NCBI GenBank assembly: GCA_041675285.1
Contig: JBAYTZ010000018.1
Span: 7,586 to 71,585 of the forward strand
Source: Candidatus Delongbacteria bacterium
GTDB taxonomy: Bacteria > CAIWAD01
Reading direction: 5' to 3'
DNA: 64,000 nucleotides
Part shown: in pieces, positions 18,496 through 28,335 of the stretch
Layout: each line of letters starts with the position of its first letter
Numbering within the stretch: the stretch's first letter is position 1
Notes under the pieces: generated by a model
The model's input: the letters and a program-made list of their open reading frames with translations, nothing else
Told to the model about the DNA's origin: nothing
The model's database searches: none
Position numbers and translations under genes: made by a program

Positions 18496-21400
18496 ATGGA
18501 CGGCTACGGACTGGCTTGGGGACACGTGCAGCGGACCCGGCAACGGATTCGCGGCCTGCGCGCCCAGACGGGCCTGCTCTGGTGGAGCCTGCTGCCGCCC
18601 TGGCTGGCCTGGGGCTTCGTGCTGGCCGAGCACCTGGGCGACCACGCCGCCTCCGGCCGCGCCGGCCTGCGCGCCGGCCTCCTGCTCAGCCTCGCTCTCT
18701 GGGGTCTCGGCGCGCTGGGACTGATCCTGCGCGGCCTCTTCTGGCGTGCGGCCCTCCCCGGCGAGCGCGAGACAGCCCTGCTGCTGGGGCGCGGTGACGA
18801 CGAGATCCGCGACCGCCTGCTCAACGGCCTGCAGGTGATGGAGGAGGAGCGCCGCTCCCCGGGCCGCTCCGACCCGGGTCTGGTGGCGGCCAGCCTGGAT
18901 CTGGTGCTGCCGCGGCTGGAATCCCTCGACCCCCGCAGCGTGCTGCCCGTGGCGCCACGCCGACGGGCCCTGGCCTGGGGCGCGGGGGCCTGGCTGCTGG
19001 CCCTGGCGCTGTTCCTGCTGGGGGGCGAGTCCGCCCGGCTGGCGGCTGCGCGGCTCTGGGATCCCGCCCGGGATTTCCGCGGCGCGCCGCTCTTCTCCCT
19101 GAAGATCAGCGTGGCCTGGCCGGATTCCACCCAGCCGGGCCGCGTGCTGGAAGGCCAGAGCCTGGACCTGCGCGTGGAGGCCCAAGGCGCGGCCCTGCCC
19201 TCCGAGATCGAGCTGCAGGCTGTTGGGCTGGAGGCCGGCTCCGCCCGCGGGGAGGATGCCGTCTGGCGCCTGCCCCTGCGGCTGGGTCGCGCCACCCTGG
19301 CCGGGCTGGCGCCGCGCGGCTCCTGGACGCTGCGCGCCTCCGCGCTGGAGGAGCAGCTGGGCCAAGTGCGCCGGCTGGAGAGTGCGCCGATTGAGGTCGT
19401 CTGGCTGCGCCCGCCCCGGTTGGACAGCCTGGGCCTGCGCCTGCACCCGCCCGCCTACACGGGCCTGCCCGTCCGCGACCTGCCCGGCGACGCGGCGGAT
19501 TTCAGCGCCCCGGTGGGCAGCCGCCTGGAACTGGCGGCCTGGTCGCAGGACGGTCTGCGCCGCGTCTGGCTGCAGGAGGAGCGGACGGACTCCACCCGCG
19601 CGCCGGTCCGCCACTCCCTGGCCCTGGAGCGCGGCGGCGCCCGCGGCGCCTGGAGCGTGACCCGCTCCCTGCGCTGGTCCCTGCGCCTGGAGGACGACCA
19701 GGGTCTGCCGAATCCCCAGCCCCTGGTCCACGTGCTCGAGGCCCTGCCCGACCAGCCGCCGCGGCTGCGCGTGCTGGCCCCGCGGGAGACGGAGGGCCGG
19801 CTGGATCCCAGCCTGGCCCTGGATTTGGCCCTGCTGGCCGAGGACGACTACGGCTTCGGCCCGCTGCGTCTGGCCTGGAAAGTGCTCTCGCGCAACCTGC
19901 GCGAACTGACGCCCCCGCCGGATCCCGCCACGCTGGACTCCATTCCGCGCGACTGGGGCCGGCGCACCCTGGCGCTGAACGCGCTCCAGGACGGCGGGGC
20001 GGCGGCGGACGCGCCCGCACTGCGCCGCGCCGCGCTGGAGGAGCGCTGGGATCTCGCCGCTCTGCAGCTGTTGCCCGACGACGAGCTGGTCTTTTTCTTC
20101 GAACTCTGGGACAACGACGGCTGGAACGGGCCCAAGGTCGTGCGCAGCCCGCTCTATCGCTTCCGCATGCCCGGGCTGGAGGAGCTGTTCGCCGAGACCC
20201 GCCAGGACGAGCAGGACATCGAGCAGGAGGCGGCGGAGGTGCTGCAGCAGGCCCGGGAGAACACCAAGCGCCTGGAGGAGCTGAAGGAGGAGTTGCGGCG
20301 GGATCCGGAGCTGACCTGGGAGCGCCAGCAGCGCCTGAAGGAGGTCGTGCGCGAGCAGGAGCAGGTGGCCCAGCGCGCCGGCGAGCTGGCCGCCAAACTG
20401 GACGCCACCCAGCAGAAGCTGGACTCGCGCAATCTGCTCTCGGAAGAGCTGCGCAACAAGCTCGAGCAGTTGAAGAACCTGCTGAACGAGGTGATGAGTC
20501 CCGAGCTGCTGGAGAAGCTGCGCAAGGCCGCCGAACAGGCTCTGCAGAATCCCGGCCCTCAGCCCGCCCAACGGCCCCAGGCGGACATGGAGGAGGTGCT
20601 GCGCAAGATGGAGCAGCAGCTGGACCGCTTCCTGGCCGTGCTGGAACAGATGAAACTCGAGCAGCGGCTGGAGGAGCTGGCCCGGCGGGCGGAGGCCCTG
20701 CTGGAGCAGCAGCGCCAGCTGCAGGAATCCCTGCGGCAGGGGGAGAAGCCCCAGTCCAAGAGCGCCGAGGAGGCGGCCCGCCGGGAGGACGCCGAGCAGC
20801 TGGCCCAGGAGCTGGAATCCCTGCAGGACGAGTTCGGCGAGCGCTCCACCTTCCCGCACGAATCCATCGATCAGGCGCGTCAGCAATTGAAGGGCAAGAA
20901 GATCCCCCCGCGACTGGGCGAGATGCAGCAGCAGTTGGAAGGCGGCCAGTCACCCTCTTCGGAGAGTCAGGAAAGCATGGACCAGGACCTGAACGAGTTG
21001 GCCGAGCAGCTCCAGCAGGCCCTGCAGCAGTCGCGTCAGCAGTCCATGGCCGAGCTGGGCAAGGAGATCGAGCGCCTCTGCCAGGAACTGCTGGTGATCA
21101 GCCAGCGCCAGGAGACGATCAGCGAGAGGTTGAGCGGGCTGAACAGCCGCAGCGCCCAGCTGCCCGGGCTGGCCGAGGAGACCCTGGAGAACCAACTGGG
21201 CGTGCGCGCCGCCGCCCGGGGCGTCTACGAACTGACCCGCAAGAGCCTGCACATCCCCACCGGCGCCCTGACGGAGCTGGGTCTGGCCGACCGCAGCCTG
21301 GACGAGATGCTGGCGGGCTTCCACGAGCGCCAGACCGGCCGGCTGGGCTCCCTCTCGCCGGACGCCATGGCCCGGGTCAACCTGACCATCCTGCTACTCA

Positions 21401-21999
21401 AGGAGGCCGAGCGCCAGATGGCCAGCTCCAGCTCCTCCAGCGGCCTGCAGGAGATGATGGAGAAGATGGCCCAGGCCGCCAGCCGTCAGCAGTGCCTCAA
21501 CGGGCAGTGCAACAACTTGATGAGCATGAAGCCCGGCCAATCCAACAAGCCCATGTCCATCTCCTTCGGCGAGGCCAAGGGCGAGCAGGGCAGCATCCGC
21601 GAGAGCCTGGAATCCATGCAAGAGAAGCTGGGGGACAAGGGCAAGCCCCAGCTGGGCGACCTGGGACAGACCGCCGCCGACATGAAGGAAGTGGAGAAGG
21701 ATCTGGCCGCCCACACCTACACCGAGCGCACGCAGAAGCTCCAGGAACGGATTGTCAGCCGGTTGTTGGACGCCCAGCGCAGCGTGCGCCGCCAGGATGA
21801 AGAGAAGAAGCGCGAGAGCCGCAGCGCCCAGCCCCTGCGCGCCGCGGCCCCGCCGCCGGTGGAGCTGCAGCGCGAGCGGGCCCTGGAGCGCGACCTGCAG
21901 CGCGCCCTGCAGGGGGGCTACCGCCCGGAGATGCAGGAACTGATCCGCGACTACTTCCGCGCCCTGGAGGAGTCGAGCGCCCCGCCCGCCAGGCCGTGA
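18496..21999 (+). CDS. DUF4175-like large membrane-anchored coiled-coil protein
   Basis: 1167 aa. N-terminal TM helices, a beta-rich region, a 250-aa E/Q/R/L-rich coiled coil (about 20160-20900), and a C-terminal segment with NGQCNNLMS. Partner gene of DUF4159. Confidence 0.5.
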   Translation: MDGYGLAWGHVQRTRQRIRGLRAQTGLLWWSLLPPWLAWGFVLAEHLGDHAASGRAGLRAGLLLSLALWGLGALGLILRGLFWRAALPGERETALLLGRGDDEIRDRLLNGLQVMEEERRSPGRSDPGLVAASLDLVLPRLESLDPRSVLPVAPRRRALAWGAGAWLLALALFLLGGESARLAAARLWDPARDFRGAPLFSLKISVAWPDSTQPGRVLEGQSLDLRVEAQGAALPSEIELQAVGLEAGSARGEDAVWRLPLRLGRATLAGLAPRGSWTLRASALEEQLGQVRRLESAPIEVVWLRPPRLDSLGLRLHPPAYTGLPVRDLPGDAADFSAPVGSRLELAAWSQDGLRRVWLQEERTDSTRAPVRHSLALERGGARGAWSVTRSLRWSLRLEDDQGLPNPQPLVHVLEALPDQPPRLRVLAPRETEGRLDPSLALDLALLAEDDYGFGPLRLAWKVLSRNLRELTPPPDPATLDSIPRDWGRRTLALNALQDGGAAADAPALRRAALEERWDLAALQLLPDDELVFFFELWDNDGWNGPKVVRSPLYRFRMPGLEELFAETRQDEQDIEQEAAEVLQQARENTKRLEELKEELRRDPELTWERQQRLKEVVREQEQVAQRAGELAAKLDATQQKLDSRNLLSEELRNKLEQLKNLLNEVMSPELLEKLRKAAEQALQNPGPQPAQRPQADMEEVLRKMEQQLDRFLAVLEQMKLEQRLEELARRAEALLEQQRQLQESLRQGEKPQSKSAEEAARREDAEQLAQELESLQDEFGERSTFPHESIDQARQQLKGKKIPPRLGEMQQQLEGGQSPSSESQESMDQDLNELAEQLQQALQQSRQQSMAELGKEIERLCQELLVISQRQETISERLSGLNSRSAQLPGLAEETLENQLGVRAAARGVYELTRKSLHIPTGALTELGLADRSLDEMLAGFHERQTGRLGSLSPDAMARVNLTILLLKEAERQMASSSSSSGLQEMMEKMAQAASRQQCLNGQCNNLMSMKPGQSNKPMSISFGEAKGEQGSIRESLESMQEKLGDKGKPQLGDLGQTAADMKEVEKDLAAHTYTERTQKLQERIVSRLLDAQRSVRRQDEEKKRESRSAQPLRAAAPPPVELQRERALERDLQRALQGGYRPEMQELIRDYFRALEESSAPPARP

Positions 22000-22009
22000 T
22001 TTCTACGTC

Positions 22010-22400
22010 GAGGCCACGTTCACCCCGAAGGGCACGAAGGCCAACAAGGTGCGGGAAGAGGAACGCAGGATTAGAAGAGAAGTGAAGAGAACAAGCTGCC
22101 CACTGGCTTGGACACGAGCGTCGCCCTCCTCACCCTGACGCCCAAACCCATCTCCCAAGAGCTTCGTGCGCTTCGTTCTTCTTCCCGCACTTCGTGGTGG
22201 GCTTGGTTTCTGCGTCGGGGCCACGTTCACCACGAAGGACACAAAGGCGAACGAAGAGCGGGAAGAGGAGTAGGGAAGAAGAGAGGAACCAGCTTCCCAC
22301 TGGCTTGGAATCAAGCCCCGCTCTCACGGACAGTTCTCCCCAATCCATCTTCCAAGTCTTCGTGCGCTTCGTTCTTCTTCCCGCACTTCGTGGTTCATGT
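22010..22400. repeat. two tandem ~196-207-bp units, each bounded by ~17-bp inverted repeats (MITE-like or structured-RNA candidate)
   Basis: The 37-nt block cttcgtgcgcttcgttcttcttcccgcacttcgtggt occurs twice exactly (22162-22198 and 22358-22394). gtgcgggaagaggaacg (22049-22065) is the reverse complement of cgttcttcttcccgcac (22174-22190). The units are about 75% identical overall. Confidence 0.6.
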
Positions 22401-23468
22401 GGCTTGAGGGAAACGGAAAACGGGGCCTGGGAGGCCCCGTTCCTGAAGGATTCCTTGTTGATAGCGGCGGGTCACCGACGGACGGTGAATTAGCAAAATC
22501 AAACGGTGGTGTCGAGAAGGGGGTGTTCGAGCAGAAAACAACATGGGGGTGTTGCCTTCCGTAGGGGGTATCCGTCGAAAACCCTTCTCAACAAGAAACC
22601 CATTCGCTGGAACTCTGAGCAACCCACGTGCCAAGAGTTCGAGTCGAATGGGCTTCTTGTAACGATAAGACTAACAAGCACTTCCTCGCACGCTCAAGCA
22701 AGCCCGAACGTGTTCTGATTTTGCTCGCTGTCCAGGATCGGTCGCCTATCTTGCTCCCTGCTCGTATCAGCATCCCCAACTTGCCGCGTAACCCCTGATC
22801 AGGCAAGTGGATCCACTGACTCCCGGTGCTCGGCCGCTACGCACGCCCGGTTTCGAACAGCTTGAACAAGAATCGGCCCCTGAACGGCTAATGCTTGTTT
22901 GGTCAGGAAAAAGCCTCAGTCCCATACGCACATCAGCCCTGGTGTTGACGCCAGGGCGAAAAAATGGATATGCGGAAACGAATCATTTCTGATTTTACAA
23001 CGAGGACGGGCCCTTCAGAAAAAGATAGCGGCTTGGTTCCGGTTACATGCCGAACAGACAGAGAACCAATAGCAAAATCAGAAATACGGGTGAGGAAATG
23101 AGGAGATTGGAATGAAAGGCAACCCGACGCGCCATCTGCCTAACGGCGGGCGAATTACCCAGATCGAAGCTGTGGACTTCGAAAATCTTTTCCATTCAGC
23201 ACCCGGAACCATTCTTTTCTGAAGGACCCAGCCCTCGGGGATAAATCTGCGCAAGAGCCGTGCCAGTCAACGTCAGTTTGTGACCCTGTTGAGAGCCAAG
23301 CCCTTGCCTATTCTGGACCTCGCGTCAATCCCGCTGGGCTGTTCAACTCCCGACGGCTCTGCTCAGAATTGAACAACTCGGGCTCGTGAATGGGGCGGCC
23401 AAGTCCAGGAAAGACAAAGCGCCTCAGCTTGGAGCCGGGGCGCCTGAGGTGTCGCGTGGCCGCGGCGT

Positions 23469-24662
23469 TCAGCGTGCGCGCCAGGCCGTGACGAAGTCGC
23501 CAATGCGTTCGAAGGCCTTGCGCAGCGTCTCGTCATCCGGCAGGGTGACCAGGCGGAAGTGGCTGGTCCCGGGCCGCTGACCGAAACCGGAGCCCGGCAC
23601 CACCACCACGCCGGTGTCGAGGATCAGTTGGCGGACGAAGTCGCTGTCGTCCCCTTCAACGTAAAGGGAGGGATAGGCGTAAAACGCTCCGCTGGGGGGG
23701 ACCAGCGACATCCCCTCCACCTGGTTCAGCATGCGGCCGGCCAGTTCGGCCCGGCGCTTGAGAATTTCATTCATCGACTGGATGTGGCTTTGGTCGCCCT
23801 CCAGCGCCACGCGGATGGCGTGCTGCTCCGGGTGGTTGGCGCAGAGGCGGGCCCGGGTCAGCTTGAGCATGGCCTCCAGGTAATCCTCGATCAGCTTGTC
23901 CGGCCCGGATACGATGCACCAGCCCAGCCGGAAGCCCGGCGCCACCCAGTTCTTGGAGAGGCCGTTGAAGGTGAGGATGCAGATGTCGTCGGCTAGAGAC
24001 GCCGTGGGCACGTGTTCCTGACCGTTGTAGATCAGCCGGTCGTAGATCTCGTCGGAGAGCAGCACCAGATTGTGCTGGCGGCATAGCTCGATGATCTGCA
24101 GCAGGGTCTCTCGGCTCCAGACGCCGCCGGTGGGATTGTTGGGGTTGATCAGCACGATGGCCCGGGTGTGTTCGTCGATGCGCGCGGCCATGTCCGCCAG
24201 ATCCGGCTGCCAGCCGTTGGCCTCGTCCAGGAAATACGGCCGGCCCTCGCATTCCAGCTTGGCGGTCAGCGCCGTGTAGAGCGGATAGCCCGGGAACGGC
24301 AGCAGCACGTTGTCCCCGCGGTCCACCAGGGCGGAGAGCGCGATCTCGATGGTTTCCGAGGCCCCGGTTCCAATGAACACGTCCTGGATGTTCTTGAGCC
24401 CGCGGCGCTCGGCGTCGCGCCGGATGGCGGCCACGGCTTCCGGGATGCCTGAACTGGGGCTGTAGCCGTTCAGGTTGTCCCGCATGGCCTTGATCGTCGC
24501 CTCGAGGATGTGCTCGGGTGTGCGGAACTGGTAGGGATTGGGGTCGCCGATGTTCAAATAGAGCAGATCGCGGCCCCGGCGGCGGGCCTCGTCGGCGATC
24601 AGGATGATGTCCCGCACGGCGTAGCGGATATGATGGGTGCGCTTGGCGGCTTGGATGGACAT
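23469..24662 (-). CDS. class I/II aminotransferase (alanine aminotransferase-like)
   Basis: NPNNPTGGVW and SKNWVAPGFRLGW (PLP-lysine region), about 397 aa. Start is at M66 of the track ORF. Confidence 0.8.
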   Translation of the reverse strand: MSIQAAKRTHHIRYAVRDIILIADEARRRGRDLLYLNIGDPNPYQFRTPEHILEATIKAMRDNLNGYSPSSGIPEAVAAIRRDAERRGLKNIQDVFIGTGASETIEIALSALVDRGDNVLLPFPGYPLYTALTAKLECEGRPYFLDEANGWQPDLADMAARIDEHTRAIVLINPNNPTGGVWSRETLLQIIELCRQHNLVLLSDEIYDRLIYNGQEHVPTASLADDICILTFNGLSKNWVAPGFRLGWCIVSGPDKLIEDYLEAMLKLTRARLCANHPEQHAIRVALEGDQSHIQSMNEILKRRAELAGRMLNQVEGMSLVPPSGAFYAYPSLYVEGDDSDFVRQLILDTGVVVVPGSGFGQRPGTSHFRLVTLPDDETLRKAFERIGDFVTAWRAR

Positions 24663-24955
24663 GCGAACCTCTTGATGGGCGGCGGGTTTCCCCAGCCGGA
24701 TGCTTGTTCGTCTGTCCACAAGATACCATTCGGACCGGCCCGGAACATTTTGTGGGAGCGGTTTGGGTGGCCGCACGCTCTGTTCGATTTCCGGCGGCTT
24801 GAACGGAATGGCACAACTGCATACTGGACAGCCCAGATCGAAGTCCAAGCCAGTCAATCCTCTTCGGTTCCTAACAGGTTTGGCACAAGGATTGCCGTCT
24901 TCGGAGAGCCTAAAACTGCTATCAACCTCGACAACCTGTTAAGAAGGAGCACCCG

Positions 24956-26593
24956 ATGAAGCGCAACCTATTGTGTAGTGTGAGCCTGTTGGGCCTGCTG
25001 GCGAGCGCCGGCATGGCCGCGACGGTCACCGATGCCCAGCAGATGGACGCGGCCAAGCGCCCGATGCCGGGTCTGGACATGAGCCGCTCGCTGACCTGCG
25101 AAGACGCCACGGTCATCGACTGCGACTTCGGTCCCAACACGTACACCATTCCCGCCGGCGGCGGCGAGTGGTTCTACTACGTGGGCACCGGCTTGGGCCT
25201 GACGATGGAGACTCGCTTCGCGACCACGACCATCGACTCCGACCTCTACATCTACACCGGCACCTGCGGCGCCCTCACCCAGGCCTTCTATCGCGACGGC
25301 GACAGCACCCAGGGGTGGAAGACCTACCTGAACTGCACGGACTTCAATTTCGTCGCGGGCCAGGGCTACTACATCTACGTCACGGACTACTCCAGCGGCA
25401 CGGGCGACGTCACCATCGACTTCACCTGCTGCGAGTTCACGCCCTTCGCCTGCCCGCCCAACTCGCTGCCCTACAACGAGGCCAATGAGTTCGGTTGCGG
25501 CGACTACGCCCACTCCATCGACTGCGGCCAGGTCTATTGCGGCGAGATCGCCGACAACGACGATCACGACTACTTCTGGTTCACCGTGACCGCCCCCATG
25601 ACCACCATGACCCTGAACGTCTACGGCAACGACACCAACGGCCGCGCGCCCTTCGGTTATGGCCTGGATCCCTACATCCGCGTCTACAACGAAGACTGCA
25701 CCGTGCTGATCGCCGAAGACGACGACAGCGGCACGGGCTACGACAGCCAGCTGCTGCTGAGCTGCATGACCCCCGGCTTCTATATCGTGGAAGTCAACAC
25801 CGAGTGGAGCGCCCCGGGCCCGTACCTGCTGACCCTGGACTGCGCCGTCTGCTGCTGGGAGACCAATGCGGTCACCACGCCCGACGTCGTGATCGACGAG
25901 ACCAACTTCAGCTCCTTCGTGGGTGAGGCCAATGCCTTCACCACCGCGGTCAGCCTGTGCGACTATTGCAGCATGATCGCGGCCGGCCCCGGCTGCTTCA
26001 GCAACGGTCATTGCATCCTGGACCTGGACGGCGGCGAATATTGGTTCAACGTCTACCAGCCCCTGACCGGTTGCTACGCCATGCAGATGCGCGTCACCCC
26101 GGCCTACACCGACACCTGCACGCCTCTGGTGGGCGTGGCCCAGAACGGCGCCCTGTTGGGTTACTTCGCCCTGGACGCCTCCACGGGTCTCTATCCCTCC
26201 AACTACAACAACGCCGGCACGGACCAGACCACCTTCGTGATCGACGCCCCGGCCGCTTGCTGTGACCTGGTGCACGTCAGCATCTGGTACGAAGACCTCT
26301 GCCCGCCGGTGGAAGCTGGCGACCAGCCGGTCAGCTTCGCCCTGTCCCAGAACGTGCCGAACCCCTTCAACCCGGCGACCACCATCAGCTTCACGCTGCC
26401 TGAGTCCGGTTTCGCCAGCCTGAAGGTCTACGACACCGCCGGCCGCGAAGTGGCCACCCTCGTCAACGGCCTGAGCGCCCGCGGCGACCATCAGGTGACC
26501 TTCGACGGCAGCCAGCTGAGCACGGGCGTGTACTTCTACACCCTGCAGTTCAACGGCCAGAGCCAGACCCAGAAGATGGTCCTGGTCAAGTAA
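24956..26593 (+). CDS. secreted Cys-rich protein with PPC-like domains and a T9SS type-A C-terminal sorting domain
   Basis: Signal peptide. DSDLYIY and DHDYFWF pre-peptidase-C-terminal-like motifs. About 26 Cys. C-terminal tail LSQNVPNPFNPATTISFTLP...GVYFYTLQ is the FlgD-Ig / Por secretion tail. Confidence 0.6.
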   Translation: MKRNLLCSVSLLGLLASAGMAATVTDAQQMDAAKRPMPGLDMSRSLTCEDATVIDCDFGPNTYTIPAGGGEWFYYVGTGLGLTMETRFATTTIDSDLYIYTGTCGALTQAFYRDGDSTQGWKTYLNCTDFNFVAGQGYYIYVTDYSSGTGDVTIDFTCCEFTPFACPPNSLPYNEANEFGCGDYAHSIDCGQVYCGEIADNDDHDYFWFTVTAPMTTMTLNVYGNDTNGRAPFGYGLDPYIRVYNEDCTVLIAEDDDSGTGYDSQLLLSCMTPGFYIVEVNTEWSAPGPYLLTLDCAVCCWETNAVTTPDVVIDETNFSSFVGEANAFTTAVSLCDYCSMIAAGPGCFSNGHCILDLDGGEYWFNVYQPLTGCYAMQMRVTPAYTDTCTPLVGVAQNGALLGYFALDASTGLYPSNYNNAGTDQTTFVIDAPAACCDLVHVSIWYEDLCPPVEAGDQPVSFALSQNVPNPFNPATTISFTLPESGFASLKVYDTAGREVATLVNGLSARGDHQVTFDGSQLSTGVYFYTLQFNGQSQTQKMVLVK

Positions 26594-26617
26594 GCCAGAC
26601 CCTCTTTGAGCTACGAA

Positions 26618-26647
26618 GCCCCCGGCCTTGCGGCCGGGGGCTTTTTC
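26618..26647 (+). terminator. rho-independent terminator
   Basis: gcccccggcc-ttgc-ggccgggggc followed by ttttt. Confidence 0.7.
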
Positions 26648-26831
26648 ATGGCCGATGGCTGCCCCCGCCCGGCGGCCACTGGCCCCTTCCAGGTGCTAAC
26701 AGCTTTTTCTTGACGATTCGCTTCCTGAGCCCATCCCATCCGCACTAATTCACAGCAACAGATTGATAATGAATGAGATAGCCTAACATGGAATAGGAAA
26801 ACAAAATCTATACTTTAACAGTAATGCTTGC

Positions 26832-26844
26832 GAGTCTGCGACTC
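26832..26844. promoter_or_regulatory. candidate MarR operator palindrome GAGTC-tgc-GACTC in an AT-rich promoter region
   Basis: Perfect 5-3-5 inverted repeat, 45 nt upstream of the 26887 start, in the only AT-rich stretch (26650-26820) of this locus. Confidence 0.3.
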
Positions 26845-26886
26845 ATTGGTGATCATTATGAAAACGCAGTCGCATTGAGGCCGTCC

Positions 26887-27351
26887 ATGGAAAACCGCGA
26901 ATGGAGCATGCTGGAACAGGTCCTGAAACTGACCTGCGGCGTCACCTCCCGGATCACCGCGCTGGCCAAGCAGGAGAACCTGCCGGCCACGGCGCTCAAG
27001 ATTCTCATCCTCACCAGCTATTCTCCCTTCACCTGCGTCAGCACCCTCACCGAGTGCACGGGGCTGCAGAAGGGTCGCATCAGCCCCCTGGTCCAGGAGC
27101 TGGTGGAGCGTGGCCTGATCAGCCGGCACGAGGGCAGCGACCGGCGCTACAGCCTGTTGCGCCTGACCCCCGACGGCGCGCGCTTTCTGCGCAACCTGCT
27201 GGTGGACGAGATCCATCGCATCGAAAAGGTGTTCCGCAACCCCGACGCCCCGCGCGAAGAGGATCTGCTGGAACACATGCGGCTGGTGGCGGACACCCTG
27301 GGCTTTGCCAGCGAGGTGCCGCGCGGCCGTGAAGAGGAACTGGCCGGCTGA
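26887..27351 (+). CDS. MarR family transcriptional regulator
   Basis: Winged-helix region ...CVSTLTECTGLQKGRISPLVQELVERGLISRHEGSDRRYSLLRLTPDG. An alternative ATG at 26824 would add 21 aa. Confidence 0.65.
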   Translation: MENREWSMLEQVLKLTCGVTSRITALAKQENLPATALKILILTSYSPFTCVSTLTECTGLQKGRISPLVQELVERGLISRHEGSDRRYSLLRLTPDGARFLRNLLVDEIHRIEKVFRNPDAPREEDLLEHMRLVADTLGFASEVPRGREEELAG

Positions 27352-27498
27352 TTCGTGGCCGGCTGAAGCTCCTGGCCACGCCGGGCCGCGACCCGATTCC
27401 GATGGACAGCGCTGGCGCTTGCGACAGGCCATCTTCGATGGCGGGGAAATAATGCCCCGCCGTTGCCGTTTCAGCCGGCAACACAACTGGAGGACATC

Positions 27499-28335
27499 AT
27501 GCGACAAGCCTGGATTCCCCTCGCCCTGCTGACCCTGGCCCTGGGCTGCGGGGACGACGACAACAACGTCAACAGCACCGAAGACCTGACCCTGTCCGAG
27601 CAGACCGAGGACGCGGCCGTGATCGTGGGCGAGTCCGTGGCCCTGCAATCCGGCGGCCTGCTGGAATCCCTCGAATCCACCCTGGACAGCGACGTGGAAG
27701 GCAGCGCGGACGCCGCCGGCAGCCTCCTGGGCGGCAAGGACCGCGACTTGGACGAGGCCGTGTTCGACTCCAGCGCCTGTCTCTGGACCATCAGCCGGGC
27801 TCGCGCCGGCGAGTCCGAGCACGCGGGCTTCAGCTGGAGCCAGACCCGCACCCTGCACTTCATGGACGAACTGGGCGAGTGCGTGGTCCAGCGTGGCGAT
27901 AGCACGATCCGCAGCCTGGATTTCACCCGGACCTTCGCCGGCAGCAGCTGGAACCAGCGCCGGGAGGGCGCCAAGAGCGGCAGCGGCGTCTGGGCTTTGA
28001 GCAGCCTGCATGACGCGGAGCCCGGCTCGCTGGTGAACGGCACGCACGCGGAGGAGGGCGAAAGCGTGATCCATCGCGTGCGCCCCAACGGCGAGGTCGT
28101 CGACGTGAGCTACGAGTACACGCTGCAGGTGGAGGGCACGGACCTGCTGATCCTGCGGCGCGCCGAGCGCCGGGTTCCCGTGGCCGGCACCCTGCACGTG
28201 GTTTACGACGCCGTGCGCAACGGCCGGGCCATCCACCGCGACTTCACCGTCGTGTTCGGCGAGGACGGCGGCAACCTGAGCTACGGGAACGCGGCCTGGC
28301 TGCTGAATCCCGTGACTGGCGAACTGAGCAACTAA
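27499..28335 (+). CDS. lipoprotein, function unknown
   Basis: Lipobox LALGCG after a hydrophobic N-terminus. No recognised catalytic motif. Confidence 0.4.
   Translation: MRQAWIPLALLTLALGCGDDDNNVNSTEDLTLSEQTEDAAVIVGESVALQSGGLLESLESTLDSDVEGSADAAGSLLGGKDRDLDEAVFDSSACLWTISRARAGESEHAGFSWSQTRTLHFMDELGECVVQRGDSTIRSLDFTRTFAGSSWNQRREGAKSGSGVWALSSLHDAEPGSLVNGTHAEEGESVIHRVRPNGEVVDVSYEYTLQVEGTDLLILRRAERRVPVAGTLHVVYDAVRNGRAIHRDFTVVFGEDGGNLSYGNAAWLLNPVTGELSN

Noticed and set aside
18445-20886. 813-aa minus-strand ORF antisense to the DUF4175 gene. Similar long antisense ORFs at 16096..17553, 40311..42230, 43821..45140, 50663..51946 and 54067..56175.
   Set aside because: They have low-complexity Ala/Arg/Gly/Pro-rich translations and lack starts with an RBS. 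They lie opposite well-supported genes. This is a typical stop-codon-poor artefact of about 70% GC DNA.
22010-22400. CRISPR array.
   Set aside because: Only two units of about 200 bp with internal inverted repeats. No short 25-50-bp repeat/spacer periodicity and no cas genes.
22108-22407. 99-aa plus-strand ORF (and overlapping minus-strand ORFs) spanning the tandem repeat units.
   Set aside because: The reading frames are generated by the repeat itself and are open on both strands. There is no RBS, and the sequence is low-complexity.
22400-23460. RNase P RNA, tmRNA or SRP RNA in the low-GC gap.
   Set aside because: The conserved cores (GGAAAGUCCGG…, the tmRNA tag ORF plus its tRNA-like 3' end, and the SRP domain-IV GGAA motif context) could not be located by eye. 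This remains untested computationally.
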